Positions 1-43,900 of a stretch of DNA of 64,000 nucleotides are shown in pieces. The position numbers were made by a program, and so were the translations under genes. Below the pieces are notes generated by a model. That model saw only the letters and a list, made by a program, of their open reading frames with translations. It had not been told where the DNA came from and did no database searches. The DNA is from Malacoraja senta (lineage: Eukaryota): NCBI GenBank assembly GCA_038087875.1, contig CM075987.1, positions 28,274,001 through 28,338,000 of the forward strand. The letters are read 5' to 3'. How positions within the stretch are numbered: position 1 is the stretch's first letter; each line of letters starts with the position of its first letter.

Positions 1-1825
1 GTTGAGTTTACACAGGCTTTTTCACAGGCTGGGATTATCACGTCCCACGTGATGGGAAATGATACGTGTGGAGAAGATTGTGACTGCTTCCAGATTACAT
101 GCAGCACTACAACGTCACCTCCATCTAATCCAGCCTGTCCTGCCTGCCCATGGACTGTTTCTGTTGATGATTTTGTGTCACCCAGGACACTACATTCACA
201 GCAACCTTCTAATCAATGACCTGTCATATTCCTCTGACCTCTGGATACTAGTGCTCTGAGGATTGCCCCTCCAGCGAGTCACTGGTCCAAAATGGCTGCT
301 GCCCCCTGCCAGACGATGTAGGTGGTTCCTGTGTGCCATGCCCCTTTCTAACTGGCACTTTCCCAGTGCTGCCAAGATCTGAGCTGGCGCCTCATGAAGT
401 CAAGCGTGCGATACAATATTCTGCTGTTCATTGTCATTCTGCCATTGTCACCTTGCTTCTTCCGCTCCTCTGTTCAGGTGGGATTGGGGGTGGGGAAACC
501 TATCAATAATTGCAAAGAAAAAAATTGCAGATGCTGGAAATCCCAAAACCATCTAACCTGTTCTTGTCCCTCGTAATTTTCCACACCAGCCTCCATTGCA
601 TTTTTTGTCCATCTTACCATTTGAGCAGGATCTTTCTGTCACCTAAGCCTATGGTCATCATCAACAACACCACTATTTGTTTAGCTAAACACAGTGTACT
701 GGAGTAACTCAGAGGGTCAGGCAGCAGGGAATAGATTGGTGATCTGAGAGAGTGAGAATCAGGGCCATGGGGAGGAGGGTAAAAGAGCATGAAAACTGAG
801 ACCCAGTGAGTTAACACGCAGCCTGAGATGCATCACCAAGTGAGTGAACGCCAAAACCGTCAGGATTTGTGAATAATCAAAAAGCAGATGATAGGAATGT
901 TACTGTATTGCCTTTATAATAGTGAAAACACTTTAAAAGGGACAGGAACGCCGCATATAATACAATAGGAAAAAGATATAGCCAAAGTTGGCTGCAACCT
1001 GATCACACATTTAAGAAATTTGTGGATGGAGTGTTAGTAGATGAGAAGTTTGAGAAGACAAGTTGCTTTAGTGAACAGAAGCTATTCTGTTTCCTCTCCC
1101 CTTTTGTATTTGTGTATGGTACGATTACACTATTGGATGGAATGATCTGTCTGGATAGTGTACAAAACAAAGTTTTTCACCATCTGGGTAAATGTGACAA
1201 TATACCAACAGCGATTGAGTGTTTAAATTAGACCCCAAGAAGACCAACTGTAAAGGAATTGATGGGTTTGGGGGAACTGGAGATTATAGCCATCGCTATC
1301 TGTTTTGCCTCTCTCCAATTGGACATTGAGATCTGAGGAATGATGGAAGGAGGCCAGTTTTTGAAGAATAATCTGAGTAAGAGAATGATAGAATATGTAG
1401 GTAGTAATGATGGGGTTTGTGTAGACTGAGAATGGGTTGAATGTTTAAGAAGTTAAAGGTGGCTTGGTGCTATGTGTGACCTGAGCAAACACACATTTAT
1501 ATTTAGCATTACTCTGAGGGCAGCATTTCCCATTGTCTGATATGAAACTCTCAGGGTTCACTGTGTAGTTGCATGAAGAAAGGGCAGCAACTTTAACATT
1601 TCTGTGGATGCTTAGTTTAATATGGGAATGCCAGAGTTACTGTCAGCGGTGCAGTGCTCTGCTGGCAGTAGGTTATCCAGTCTGCTGCAACTAAAGAACA
1701 CGTTCAAATTGACTAAAGCATTTATGAACTTGTATTATTGCAAAATATCCCGCAAGTGCTGTGCTTTCTGATGTGGTCTAATTGATCTTTTAATAACATG
1801 TCACAATTTAATAACATGACACAAT

Positions 1826-2083
1826 TTAGAACGGAGACGAGGAAACACTTTTTCTCACAGAGAGTGGCGAGTCTGTGGAATTCTCTGCGGGCGGTGGAGG
1901 CAGGTTCTCTGGATGCTTTCAAGAAAGAGCTAGATAGGGCTCTTAAAAATAGCGGAGTCAGGTGATATGGGGAGAAGGCAGGAATGGGGTACAGATTGGG
2001 GATGATCAGCCATGATCACATTGAATGGCAGTGCTGGCTCGAAGGGCCGAATGGCCTACTCTTGCACCTACTGTCTATTGTCT
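1826..2083 (+). mobile_element. CR1 LINE 3' end fragment
   Basis: End of CR1 ORF2 (FRTETRKHFFSQRVASLWNSL) and the 3' UTR GGCTCGAAGGGCCGAATGGCCTACT...CTATTGTCT, similar to 17930-18190. Confidence 0.85.
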
Positions 2084-3829
2084 AATTATCTGACGTAATT
2101 CTAAAGTTACAAATTTGGTTTGCCTTACATGTTTCAAGCTACATTGGCTTTTTAAATGTTTTGATTTGTGTGTTTTAATATTCTATCTTTTATTTTAATT
2201 TTGTATGTATTCAAATCTTTTGGTTTTTCTGTTAACTATGAGATAAAAATTGTGGTTTCTCTTTGCAATTTGATGTGAGACTTTCTTGTGATTTTCTGCT
2301 CAACCATCGGGGAGGCATCGCACTTGTACAAGTGACTGAGCTGACACAAGCTGCTGTTGGAACAGACAAGGCTAATGTCATGGAAAGTATCTTTGTGAAT
2401 GGCTCACCTCCGGGAAGATGGGATCCACTGATTATATCACACACCCTGGACAGCGTCAAGTTAGAACAAAGATGACAAGTTCTTGTGCATTGCAATTCTG
2501 TTTAATCTCTGTTCCATTCGCTTTCTGACCGATCAGTCTGGCCTCTGCACGATTCCAGTGAGGCCCAATGCAAGTTTGGGGAAAATCTGAATGGGTTGCA
2601 GCTTTTGGGGTTAATATCTAATTCAACAATTTCAGATAACGTGCTTTTGCTACCAGGACTGATCAATTCTACTGTAAGGTTATCATTACTGTAAGGTTAT
2701 CATGTAATATTAACTTTATTTTTCCTGCCCATACACACTGCCTGGTCTGCTGGCGATTTGTGGAACTCTCCTGTAGCTGCCAACTCTCACAATTACAAAG
2801 TTCACAGGCTCCCTTGTTCTCATGCCCTCTCACGGACTTCATGAATCTATTAATACAACGGCTCATTAATAGTGGCTTATTCTCTGTCTTGAACATCCCT
2901 CTCGACATCCATTCTGCAACTTTAAACCAACTGATTTTCTTCCTTGGTTCTAACAAAGTGTCTTTGACCTGAAACCTTTTCTTTTGCAGATGCTACCTGA
3001 CCTACGAAGCATTTCTGGCACTTTCCATTCTACTTATGTATTAAATGATGGTTAAATTGTACCAACCTTTATTTTGTATCTTTTTATATTTTTGTCTAAC
3101 AAAAATTCAGCCATCTTAATTTTTAAAGATCCAATATTGTGAGGTAAAGGGTGTGAGAGCCTCGCACTAATAAACAGCTCCACCTGACAGAATGTGATCA
3201 GGTGGAACTCTCCACCTCACTGAGTGGGTGTTTGGCTGCCTCTGCCACATGCTGTGTAGATACAGCATGACGTGCTGGCAATGAATGTATCTGATAATCT
3301 CACTCACCATGCTGCAAACTTGAATTGCTTATTTTCAGTAAGGAATGATCTTTGCAACATCTTCAACAGCAGTCCATGTGTGTGAAGCTGACTGTGGTGC
3401 AGAAGTCTGCTTGGTGAAATAGCTGTGTTTGCAGTGGAGAATGAGCCACTGATGGAATCCATCACGTTGCATGTCTTCAATCTTACCTCATTGTGTGTCA
3501 CACAGCTGGAGCTGTGGTTTGATGTAATAATTCAGGTCGCATTATATTCTTCATCAGTATGTAGATCCCAATGTAGTCCAGTGTCTGAATTTGGCTTCCT
3601 GGCTGAGTGGGAAATTCAGGGCTCCGACAGAGACGGTGCATTCCTTTATGTCAGAAGGAATCAATTACTTCAATCTGTTTTAGAACAAATTTCAAGGCTG
3701 GAGTTTGAAGTGGCCAGTGAATATTTTTGCACAAAGTAACTAGTTTGTTCACAGCCAATGGCCTACCCCTGCGCAATGGCAATTCTGCTTGGCTTCTGAA
3801 GTGAGAGTGATTTTTATCCCGAGCTCAGG

Positions 3830-4185
3830 TGATGCATTGGGCTTCCTTGGTGAAGGGACACTGCGAACACACATGACAATGCCACAACGTGGGGCGTATG
3901 ATGATCATTGGGCTTCCTTGGTGAAGGGACACCGCGAACACATACACGACAGTGCCACAAGGTTGGGGCGTATGATGATCATTGGGCCTCCTCGGTGAAG
4001 GGACACCGCGAACACACACACACGACAGTGCCACAAGGTGGGGCGTATGATGATCATTGGGCTTACACTGCGAACACACACGCGACAATGCCACAACATG
4101 GGGCTTATGATGATCATTGGACTTGGTGAAGGGACACTGCGAACAAACGCATGACAATGCCACAAGGTGGGGCGTATGATGATCC
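3830..4185. repeat. Minisatellite, about 5 copies of a ~70-bp unit
   Basis: Repeated GATCATTGGGCTTCCTTGGTGAAGGGACACYGCGAACACAC...GACARTGCCACAAGGTGGGGCGTATGAT. Confidence 0.9.
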
Positions 4186-6522
4186 GTGAGTGGCCAACTA
4201 TGGAGGCTGGAGAATAACATTTTCTATAAGGGGACAGTGTGTTCCAATCTTTTGTTTCAGTTTTAATTCAGTGGAAAATGGAGAACTTATTTGATCTAGC
4301 AAACGGTTGAAAGAATAGCTGGGTTGTAAGAATATTCACAATGTTTGTCAGCTTTCAAACGTAAGATAAAGAGCGCTGAAAAACTGGGTAAGATGCAACC
4401 ATGAAGAAGCAATGGTACTATTCTCCCAGTCTGAGGTTGCCGTAAGGCAACATGACACTACTGGTAGCAAAAGGAACTCCGGATTTGATCAGCATGTTCA
4501 ATAAAGAATGAAATAAAAGTCAGTTTACAGAAGTATTCAATAGACAATAGGTGCAGGAGTAGGCCATTCGACCCTTCGAGCCAGCACCACCATTCAATGT
4601 GATCATGGCTGATCATCCCTAATCAGTACCCCGTTCCTGCCTTCTCCCTATATCCCCTGACTCCACTATTCCTGGGAGTGGGTGGCCAATATGTGGAAAA
4701 TGTTATGATAGGAAATAGAAGCGATTTATATTGATTCCTCCATGAGCATGTTTGAGTTGCCCCAATGTAGGCTTGCAAATGGGGTACCCTCCATTCACAT
4801 GATAGCATTTCAGTTAAGAATCTAATTATAAAGCCTGTACCCATAAAACTATGGAACTTTGAGATGACATTAAAAACAGAACTGATTCAGTTAGATTTAG
4901 AGAGTAAAAGCTGCCCCACACGTGACTCAGCAACACAGTTGACTAAGCAGCAATTACACTGTCAATACCAAGCTGCAGGACAGACGGTAAATGCTGGCCT
5001 TGCTAGCGAAGACAGTGTAATGAGTGTTGGAATGTATTTGGGTCTTGACTGGGAGTCCTGCTCTCTTAGTTCTTCACTAACTAGAATTATAGAGTTCAAA
5101 AGTGTTGAAGATAATGTTATGGAGTTAATGTGTAAGATAATATTCAACGGTTTTTGAACCCTATGTGAACATAGAAACTTAGGATCTCTTGACTTGGAAG
5201 GAAGTAAAATCAAAACAGAAAATGCTGAAAGCACTCAGTAGCTGAAGGCAGCACCTGTGGGAACAGAAACAGTTTTCTGTTTTAGGCCAAAGAACTTTCT
5301 TCAGAATTGGGAAAGAGAGAAGCAAGTTAGTGTGAAGTTGCCGAGAGGGTTGGGGAAGGACCTTGTCAGCAGTTTAAATCTTTCATTACTTGACTCTTCA
5401 TGATTGGTGTCTTTATACTTTTTTTCCATTTACCATGTTGCGTTGCATCGGGCAAACATAGTTGTAGTGCAACCTTTTGAACTGGAAATTTACAATTTAC
5501 CTCAGAACATAACCTTTGCTGAATAGCTGAAACAACCCAGTGGTGTCCAGTAATTAGAGTTCAACTCTGCATTGCAATATTTGTGTATGTATTCTCATTG
5601 GACATCTTTTGAAATAAATTAACCTCTTCATAAATAACAATTCCTGCAGAGTGTAATTATTTGACTGACTAGCCCATAATCATCAGCCAATCATCATTCT
5701 GACTGAATGCTGAAAGGCGATTGCTAAAGCAACTTAAGGTAACTGTATACAGGATGTTGCCCTCAACCATATCCATGTGTTGTAATGACTGGTCAACAGC
5801 TCATGACCTTCCCCAATTCCATTACATTTGGTTCTTTGGCCCTCAGTTGTACTGAGGTGGGGAACAGAAGGTGGGCAGACTGCTGGAGAGTAAATGAGAA
5901 GAGATGTGTCATAGAATCACACAGCATGGAAACGGGCCGTTCAGCCCACTGAATCCATGCTTCATCATGGACCCATCCACATCGAGTGTACTCTGACCCA
6001 CTCATTTAAGTGGAATTTTATAATTTACCCTTGGAGAGAAAGTGACTTTTTAGTTGCTCTTGCCTGTTATTGCAAAGGTGAGAACATTGTTGTACAGTGT
6101 TACTTGCTGAGTGTTTAATGAAGAAAGCTTTTTGATCTTTATCTTTCCCAATTCCATGTTTATTTTTTTAAAGCTATTTCCTTAACGAGTCCAGCGTTCT
6201 GGTCTCAATCCCCCGATCAGAAATTCTGGCTGGAATGGGCAATACTTAGTGGTATACTGACCAAACTGTATCTCCACCATATTTAGCATATGCTGCATTA
6301 GTTGGTCTTAGAAAATTGAAGAATACTCAGATTGTTTCATTCGTTCAAGTGGGCTCTATTAAGAATGTACCATTTTAAAAGAGTAAAATTGCTCAGGGGT
6401 CTGGAATGAAAGTACAGTGTGTCCAATTAATTAATGATGGTGCCCATGCATACTAGATCTAGTCCTCTTAAATGTGTATTAGTTATTTATATTTGTTAAT
6501 GTTGACTTTATACTTTTTTTAG

Positions 6523-28308
<21,786 letters not shown>

Positions 28309-28510
28309 GATATATATTGTGCATTTTATCTATTGCCATTCTGCACTTTTTTGTTTTCATATCAAATGCTACTTTTAAAAGGAATAAATTTAAATAATTG
28401 CAGTACAGTTTTGTTTGAAGTGTTGTTTACAAAGTTAATACCTGCGTTGTGCTATTTAATGGGAAACCCTCAATCCCCAAATGATAATCAGTGGCCAAAT
28501 TGGACATTTC

Positions 28511-28516
28511 AATAAA
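28511..28516 (+). promoter_or_regulatory. Candidate polyadenylation signal of beta-tubulin copy A
   Basis: AATAAA about 200 nt after the stop; another AATAAA at 28383. Confidence 0.5.
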
Positions 28517-30077
28517 ATGTAAGAAAGCTTCATGAAGTATTTAATTATATATAAAATTTGGTGCTCATCTAACATAAACAAGATAATCTGTTTTACTTTT
28601 AAACCATGTTGCTCATGTAACCCATCAGTGGGCCATTATGTAGTCTAGCCACTGAATTACTTTCCCACAAATCTTTCCAAACATTTTCTAGATATTTTTC
28701 CTGATATTATTGGACCAGCTCTACTTAAAATCAAAGGTCAATAAAATGTGAACTGTAGCTGAGGTTTTGTTCAATGGATTGGGGGTGCCATTGCATGCAG
28801 CCAGCATTAACAATGGCAGCTTCTCAAACAGGTGAAGTAGCTTCCTCATGGTGTAGTCAACTACATTACTCCAATAATTATCTTATGTCAGTAAGTCGTG
28901 TATGATTATGGTCTTGAGTATTTCTCTGTTGGGTCAGGGTTAATTCGAAATTGTTTTCCAAGTGGTGGTGAGCCATTGCCTTGACGTTTTGCACTCTATA
29001 TGTTGCATTGCCGGGTGGGGAGTTTATTCAGCCAGTTGTTACCAGTGGCACTGCTGAGCCATTTTTAGTTTTCCACCCAGAGTACATTTTGTGCCCGTGC
29101 TACTCTGTTTATTCTGGCTTGATCAAGATGAGGAGCACTGATTCATCAGCTAGGGAAGGAAGGAAAGTGGTAAACAGGAGGATGTATCCTGGTTCATTTG
29201 ATCTGTGGAGGAAGTCATGGTCAGGAGTTAGAACGTAGAACAGTGCAGCACAGGAATGGCCCCTTCGGCCCACAATGTTTATGCCGCCTAACATGATGGC
29301 TATTTAAACTGATCTCATCTGCCTGTACATGATCCATATCCCTCTATTCCCTGCACCTCCATGTGCCTGTCTAAAAGCCTCTTAAATGGCACTAACATAT
29401 TTTCATAGTTAAACTGATCTCATCTGCCTGTACATGATCCATATCCCTCTATTCCCTGCACTTCTATGTGCCTGTCTAAAAGTCTCTTAAACGGCACTAG
29501 CATATTTTCATCCACCACCACTGGCACTTGCCCCACACATCTCCGTTAAACTTCCCCCCTCTCACTTTATAGCTAATGTTGGACATTTTCACCCTGAGAA
29601 AAAGGCTGACTGTCCGCCTATGCATCTCATAATTTTATATACTATTGTTGATGTTAAGGAATAACAGAGCAACTCCCTTTGGTCTTGACTGCCACCTCTG
29701 AACCAAAATACACCCAGGGGCTGTGATTTTTTTTTTAAACTAAGATTTTATTAAAATAAATTAATTTGAACAGTATAAGTGTCATGGTCACAGTGATGGC
29801 TTGTTTGTTAGTCCACTAGATTACTGGTTTGGTATTTGGTAATTGACGGACTTGCACCAACAGTCCTTCTGGGTAACATGTTGCCAGTTCAACCTGAATG
29901 CCATTGCTTCACAAATCTTCCGACTTTAGACTCTTGACCAGATTCAAATCTTCTAACTTTGGATTCTTCTACAACCCTACCAGAGACTGATATAGTGTCT
30001 GCATATGACAGATATCTGATGGATTGTTTTCCAGGCCCGTGAAGACAGCAGAGCGATGGTTTGGATGTGTAAGAAGA

Positions 30078-30282
30078 ACCTGCAGATGCTGGTTTACACC
30101 GAAGATACACAAAATGCTGGAGTAACTCAGTGGGTCAGGCAGCATCTCTGGAGAGAAGGAATATGTGACATTCCGGTTCAAGACCCTTCTTCAAACAGAG
30201 TCAGGGAGAGTGAAACTTAAAGGAAACCTCTAGTCTGAAGAAAGGTCTCGACCCAAAACGGCACCTATTCCCTTTCTCCCGA
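30078..30282. repeat. Penelope-associated inverted repeat pair
   Basis: ...GCTGGAGTAACTCAG..GGTCAGGCAGCATCTCTGGAG...GACCCTTCTTCA faces TCTGAAGAAAGGTCTCGACCCAAAACG; related copies near 11410, 40505, 51225, 55570, 58845, 60745. Confidence 0.6.
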
Positions 30283-30769
30283 GAATGATGGGATGCTTGA
30301 TACGGTTGTTGGATTACCGTTGTACAAATGGCAATTAAGACATCCATAGATCACAGATTATTTGTTAACAATGTGGGTTTGCATTCATAAATGAGCCATT
30401 GCCCCGCAAACATATCCCATATAGGTGTGTGTATATGCCATGGTGCTATATTTCTGTCAGTTCGCACTCATTGACACCTTTGCTGCCTGAAGCAGATTTG
30501 AGGAAGCCTAGAGATAAGTACTGTGCGTTTTACCATAGAAATCTGGTGGGATTTCATTTCACGCACAATAGGAACAAGTGCAAAATAAGTTTATAATAAT
30601 TAGGTAATGGTTTGTGAATTAAAAGCAGGAAAGTCTGGAAATGTCAACAGGATAAGCAATATTTAAGGGGAGGGAGGCAGATTTAGCAGTGTACACTAGC
30701 TCTCTCTTGATGCTGCCTGTATTTTTGGAGTTTAATTGCAGCAATTATACGTGCCAATTCGCATTGTAC

Positions 30770-31095
30770 ACAGGCCAGACGCCATCGGCATCGAACGGAG
30801 GCTGTTGTCCGGAGGCCGTCGGGCGGGCGACACCGCCACAGCGTTCCCGCCAAACTCCCGCCCAGCACATGGTGCGGCTGGAACGCACGCGCCTAGCCGG
30901 GTTCAACCAATGAGGGCACAGCTTCCCCGCAGTGGGCGGGCGTTTCCTTTGATTAACACGGGGCTACACCAATTGTAGTCTGGCAAGTGGGCCCGCCCAC
31001 CGCCCGGGCGGCGGTGACGCGCGGGTATATAAATGGCGGCGCGGACAGCGGCGCTCAGACTGGCCGTGCTTCTGCAGAGGATTGTCGTTAGCAGC
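30770..31095 (+). promoter_or_regulatory. CpG-island promoter of beta-tubulin copy B
   Basis: CpG-rich; CCAAT at 30907 and 30969, GGGCGG GC boxes, TGACG half-site near 31015, TATATAAA at 31026-31033, ATG at 31096. Confidence 0.85.
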
Positions 31096-39550
<8,455 letters not shown>

Positions 39551-39681
39551 ACAGCATTGTATATTATGAACTTCTAAACCTGTTTTCTTTGTTACATTAA
39601 GACCTGTTTCTGAAGTTTGTCTTTTTTCTTGTAGTTTCATATATTTTCTGTTTTATATTGACTCATGGTTTGAAAATTTTA

Positions 39682-39687
39682 AATAAA
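39682..39687 (+). promoter_or_regulatory. Candidate polyadenylation signal of tubulin copy B
   Basis: AATAAA about 130 nt after the TAA, followed by GT/T-rich sequence. Confidence 0.65.
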
Positions 39688-40925
39688 AATGGTTGCTAAT
39701 TTAATTGTAGATGTTTCTATCTTGACAAGCCTTCATTTCTGCATCGGGAAATTCTGAAATGAATTTGGAGCTGGACTTGTCCAATATAAAAGACTATTGG
39801 ACAAGTCCAGTTAAGAGTTGGCAGCAGCATCCCACTCGTTCAGGAATGGGACGCTGAAGCCTTAGGTGTTCACATTTTATCAAATGCTTTTGGACGTGGA
39901 GATAAGTGTAGGAAGATCTAACGCTATGCGGCCATGTTAAGTATGAGGAGAATGCAGAGAAGATTTAACACAGCCTAAAAATAAAGGATCGGCCATTCAG
40001 GACCAACGAGAATGTCTTCCCCCAGATGATATGAATCTTTGGAATTTTCTCCTCAAAGGGGGAGTGGAGGGCCCATAACAGTATATTCATGACTGAGTTG
40101 ATAAATTTATAAATATCATGGAAATTGAATACTATGGGATAAATGGTGGAAAATAGTATAATGTTGAAGACCATGAATTTACTAAACAGCAGAGCAGGTA
40201 TGGGGTGCCAAATGACCTCTTATTTCTGTTCTTACTACATTCTCGCACAGAGAGTTTGGTGTGGCTTCCCCACCAGATCCATGGAACAGAAAGATAACGC
40301 AGGGCCAGAAAAGATCTGGAAGGTTGTCAGTGTATTTAATAAAGTTCTGCTCCCTTTATCAGCCTTTAATACATTTGGGCCACCTCACTGCTGAGGCACC
40401 CCAATCTCTGCAGCATATGACTCTCAAACAGTTTCAAATCAACCACTTACTCAGTGATCTCTGTATCTTCAACTGTCCAACATTCTCTATTACATATAGG
40501 TAATGAGTCTGAAGAAGGGTCTCGACCCAAAATGTCACCCATTCCTTCCAGAGATGCTGCCTGTCCCGCTGAGTTACTCCAGCATTTTGTGTACCATTCT
40601 CTATTACCTTCCCAGCCAGCTAAGATTATCCTTCAGCTTGGTCCATTATAAATGTATTGGTATCAATGTGAGCTTTGATACTGTCAGAATTATCTTTGGC
40701 AGTCATTAGTTGTTTTTGTGTTGTTAGTGTATTTAATAAAATATACTGACAACACTAGAGTCAAGAAGTAATATGTATAGATTGTTCAGAACCATCCTTT
40801 ATCAAATTCAAGCCTATTTTAACAATGCCTTTCTTTGTTACTTTTCTGTTTTTTTCTGCTTGAATTACAACTGCTTGACATATATCAATAATATAAACCA
40901 TTACAGATTGTACACTGGGCTTAAA

Positions 40926-43900
40926 TCAGAGACAATGGATTTGTTTAGAAGCAATCCTGGAATTCTTTCCGAATGTTGATTCAATATCAAACTTCGCTCC
41001 TGTAAAACACAAGACGATGAAGCATTGAGAGATAGTCAAGCAAAATTTTTGAGCATAAGAAACGGGAGCAGGAATAAATTAGTTGGCCCCGTGAACCCGT
41101 GCTGCTATTCAATTATATCATGACTGTTTGCAGTCTTGATCTCTGCATTACTCACTCGTTTTCCATTTGCTTGGAATCCCTTGTAGTTCAAAAAACGTTA
41201 AATCCCTGCCTTCAATATAATTCTATGACCCTGTATCCACAACACTCAATTCTCATTGTCATCTTAAATGGCAACCTCGTTCTGAGATTATGCTCCTAGT
41301 TCTAAATAACCTTCCCTAGGAGAAACATCCTCTTAGCATCCACCATGCCAACCCACTGGCCTTCCCACACCCACTCCCAGCAGTACAGCACAGGAACAGT
41401 CCTTTTGGACCACCATGTTTAAGTACGGTCGTCCTTCAATTTAACTTGAGTGAACATAGGCTCAATCATCATGTCAATTCACTCATTCTCCAGAAGTAAC
41501 TGAAAAAAGCTATTTGTCCCAATGTGCATGACAAATGATTAAGAGCACCCCAGCTAATTCTATTTTCCAGCTCTTTGTCTTGGCCTTGTACATATAACAC
41601 CAAGTGTGTACTCTGCAATCGTTTTGAGCTATATGTTCCAGATACCCAATATTTCCAGATGAATATACTATTTTAGCACCCTCTAATACTCCTTCAAATT
41701 ATCTGAAAATATAAGATTTCAGTTAACATCCCTGCCAAGGAAAATAGCTCTTTACATGTCAAACATGTTGCTATAATTAATGTAAACTACATCAAGAGTT
41801 AATCTCATTACACTTTTATCATCTTAAAAAAATATATGTAGGCATATATATGCAGTCAGACATGCCCTCTTAAGAAATCCATGTTGCTGCCCTTATTAAT
41901 CCATGCCTATTTAAATGAAAATTAACTCGTGCATTAGAGCATGGAAAATGAATGGAAAAATAATCTAATTTGAGATTTTTGGATGATTATCAGATAGGTT
42001 GAGATAATGGGTTAGGAAGTGAGAACTCTCCCTTGTTGGGGAAGACCAGAACATGTGTAATATTAAATCTGGGACTTTCAGGATTTTACAAAAATGACTA
42101 AGGAGATCTAGAGCTCCCTCAAAAGGTTTTGGAGGTTGGATCAATCAAAATGTTTGCAATTGTAATTGAGAAATATTAGGGAAATTGTCTCAAAATGGCT
42201 AAAGTTAAGAGGCAGATCAGGTGTGACAGATGGATCAGAAGCCAAATGGCCTGCTGCAGTTCCAATTTTCTTTAGTTTCTTCAAGCTGTTGGGCAAGATG
42301 ATCTCATCAAATGGTGCCAAACAACGAACTTAAATTTAGTTTTATATGAGCATGGCTGAAGACCCGTGTTCAGCTTCAAGATGTCGGCACAATAGATCTA
42401 TCAATGGCACACCCGCTCTGATCTTTGATCATTCCTTCATTTACTTGGAAAACGTCCATCAATCGGATAAAATTCAGCAAATATACATTCATCCTCAGTA
42501 AATGTTCCATGAGAAGTCAGGAAGCCATGAATACATCTGCATAGTATTTGGGCTGCTTGCAGAGCACGGGTACAGTCATAAACAAAACATACCTGGCAGG
42601 TGACCTCCGTAGTTGGGAACCATCGGTTTGTTAATGTAAATTTTACTATTAGGTTGAGGATCATCTTCACGGTAACCTCTTAGCTTGTTCCTCACAAAGT
42701 ACTGAAAAGAAAACAAAAATCATAATTGGGGCAAACTTTTCATGGCTTGAGTCACAATTCAGGCCATGATGGCACACAAAAGCTTTTTACATGACAATAA
42801 ACTACACTATTCCTATTATTGGCATGTTCTTGTACCCATCAAGGGGTATAGTAGAGGCTGCCCATGAAGGGTGTTTAGTTACTTATTGGGAGACCACTGG
42901 TGTCAAAAGAGCTGCAGAGAAGCTGGGATGTAATTGAACCCGAGAGGAGCTGAAATTCAGCCTCTTCAGCTCCATTACCATCGGACATTTAGGTTATTGG
43001 AGACCAGTGGAGGAGCGCTGGAACCAGCAGGCTTCTCAAACGAGGGAGGAGTAGTGGGTCTCCTCAGTTTTAGCCTGTGCTTTTCTGACCATGTCTCTAG
43101 ATGTAGGAAAATATCAGGTTGTGTCTCATCAGATTATGTATGTTACTTTTACTTCCTTCTCTAACTTCTTTTCTAAGGGGCTTTCTTTTCCCAACACTCT
43201 TGCACTTCACGACTCTTGCGCACTTTCTTTACTTTTCTTACTTCTATCTTTCTCTTAAAGCTCATAAAAATGTATTAAGATATAAGTGTTGTGTATTACT
43301 GTAATTTACCGTACTTCTAATAAAAATAATTTAAAAAATAAAAATAAAATAAAAAAAAGATTATGTATGTTATTGTACCGAGCTTCCAAGCCTGTGCTTC
43401 TAACAGTTCATGTGCCATCTGGCACAGGTTGAGTTTCTCATGGACATGCAACCATTATACCCAGGCTTTGCATAACAAAGTTATGGCAACCTGGCACCCC
43501 TGTGGACTGCAGGATCTAGATGCTGGTACCTTTACCCCTACTGAGCCAAATTAATCATTGGGAACTCATAAAAAATATGGAAAACCCCAACTTCCTGCCA
43601 CTGTCTCCAAGCTCACACCTGTGCTTTGGAGATGAGACTTGCAAAAAGTCTTATAGGAAACTGAAACAATATCTATTTTTAAAGCCAATGTAGGGTCAGA
43701 ATTTCAAAGACAATGTGCCCAATCATCTTTTGAGATTAGACAAGTTTAAGATGGTGAAAGGTTACTGCAGGTTGACTGCAATGCAAAGTTGAGGTTACAG
43801 AGGACCAGCCATGATGTGAAGAAATAGCAGAGCAGATTTGACGGTCTGAGTGTACTACACCAGCTCCCAATTAACATGTTTAAAGACATTGCCAGAAATT

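Noticed and set aside
2232..3739. Several 65-104 aa ORFs as a possible nested gene
   Set aside because: No recognisable domain or consistent splice chain; lengths compatible with chance or very old TE debris
1..6522. Exon 1 (MREI...) of tubulin copy A
   Set aside because: No MREIV-coding sequence or CpG island found by eye; probably upstream of the window
42437..42540. Alternative last exon of CIMIP2A close to exon 6
   Set aside because: Would need a ~56-nt intron and stops after a few codons; the 40999-40926 exon gives the family-like FxxxxTFG ending
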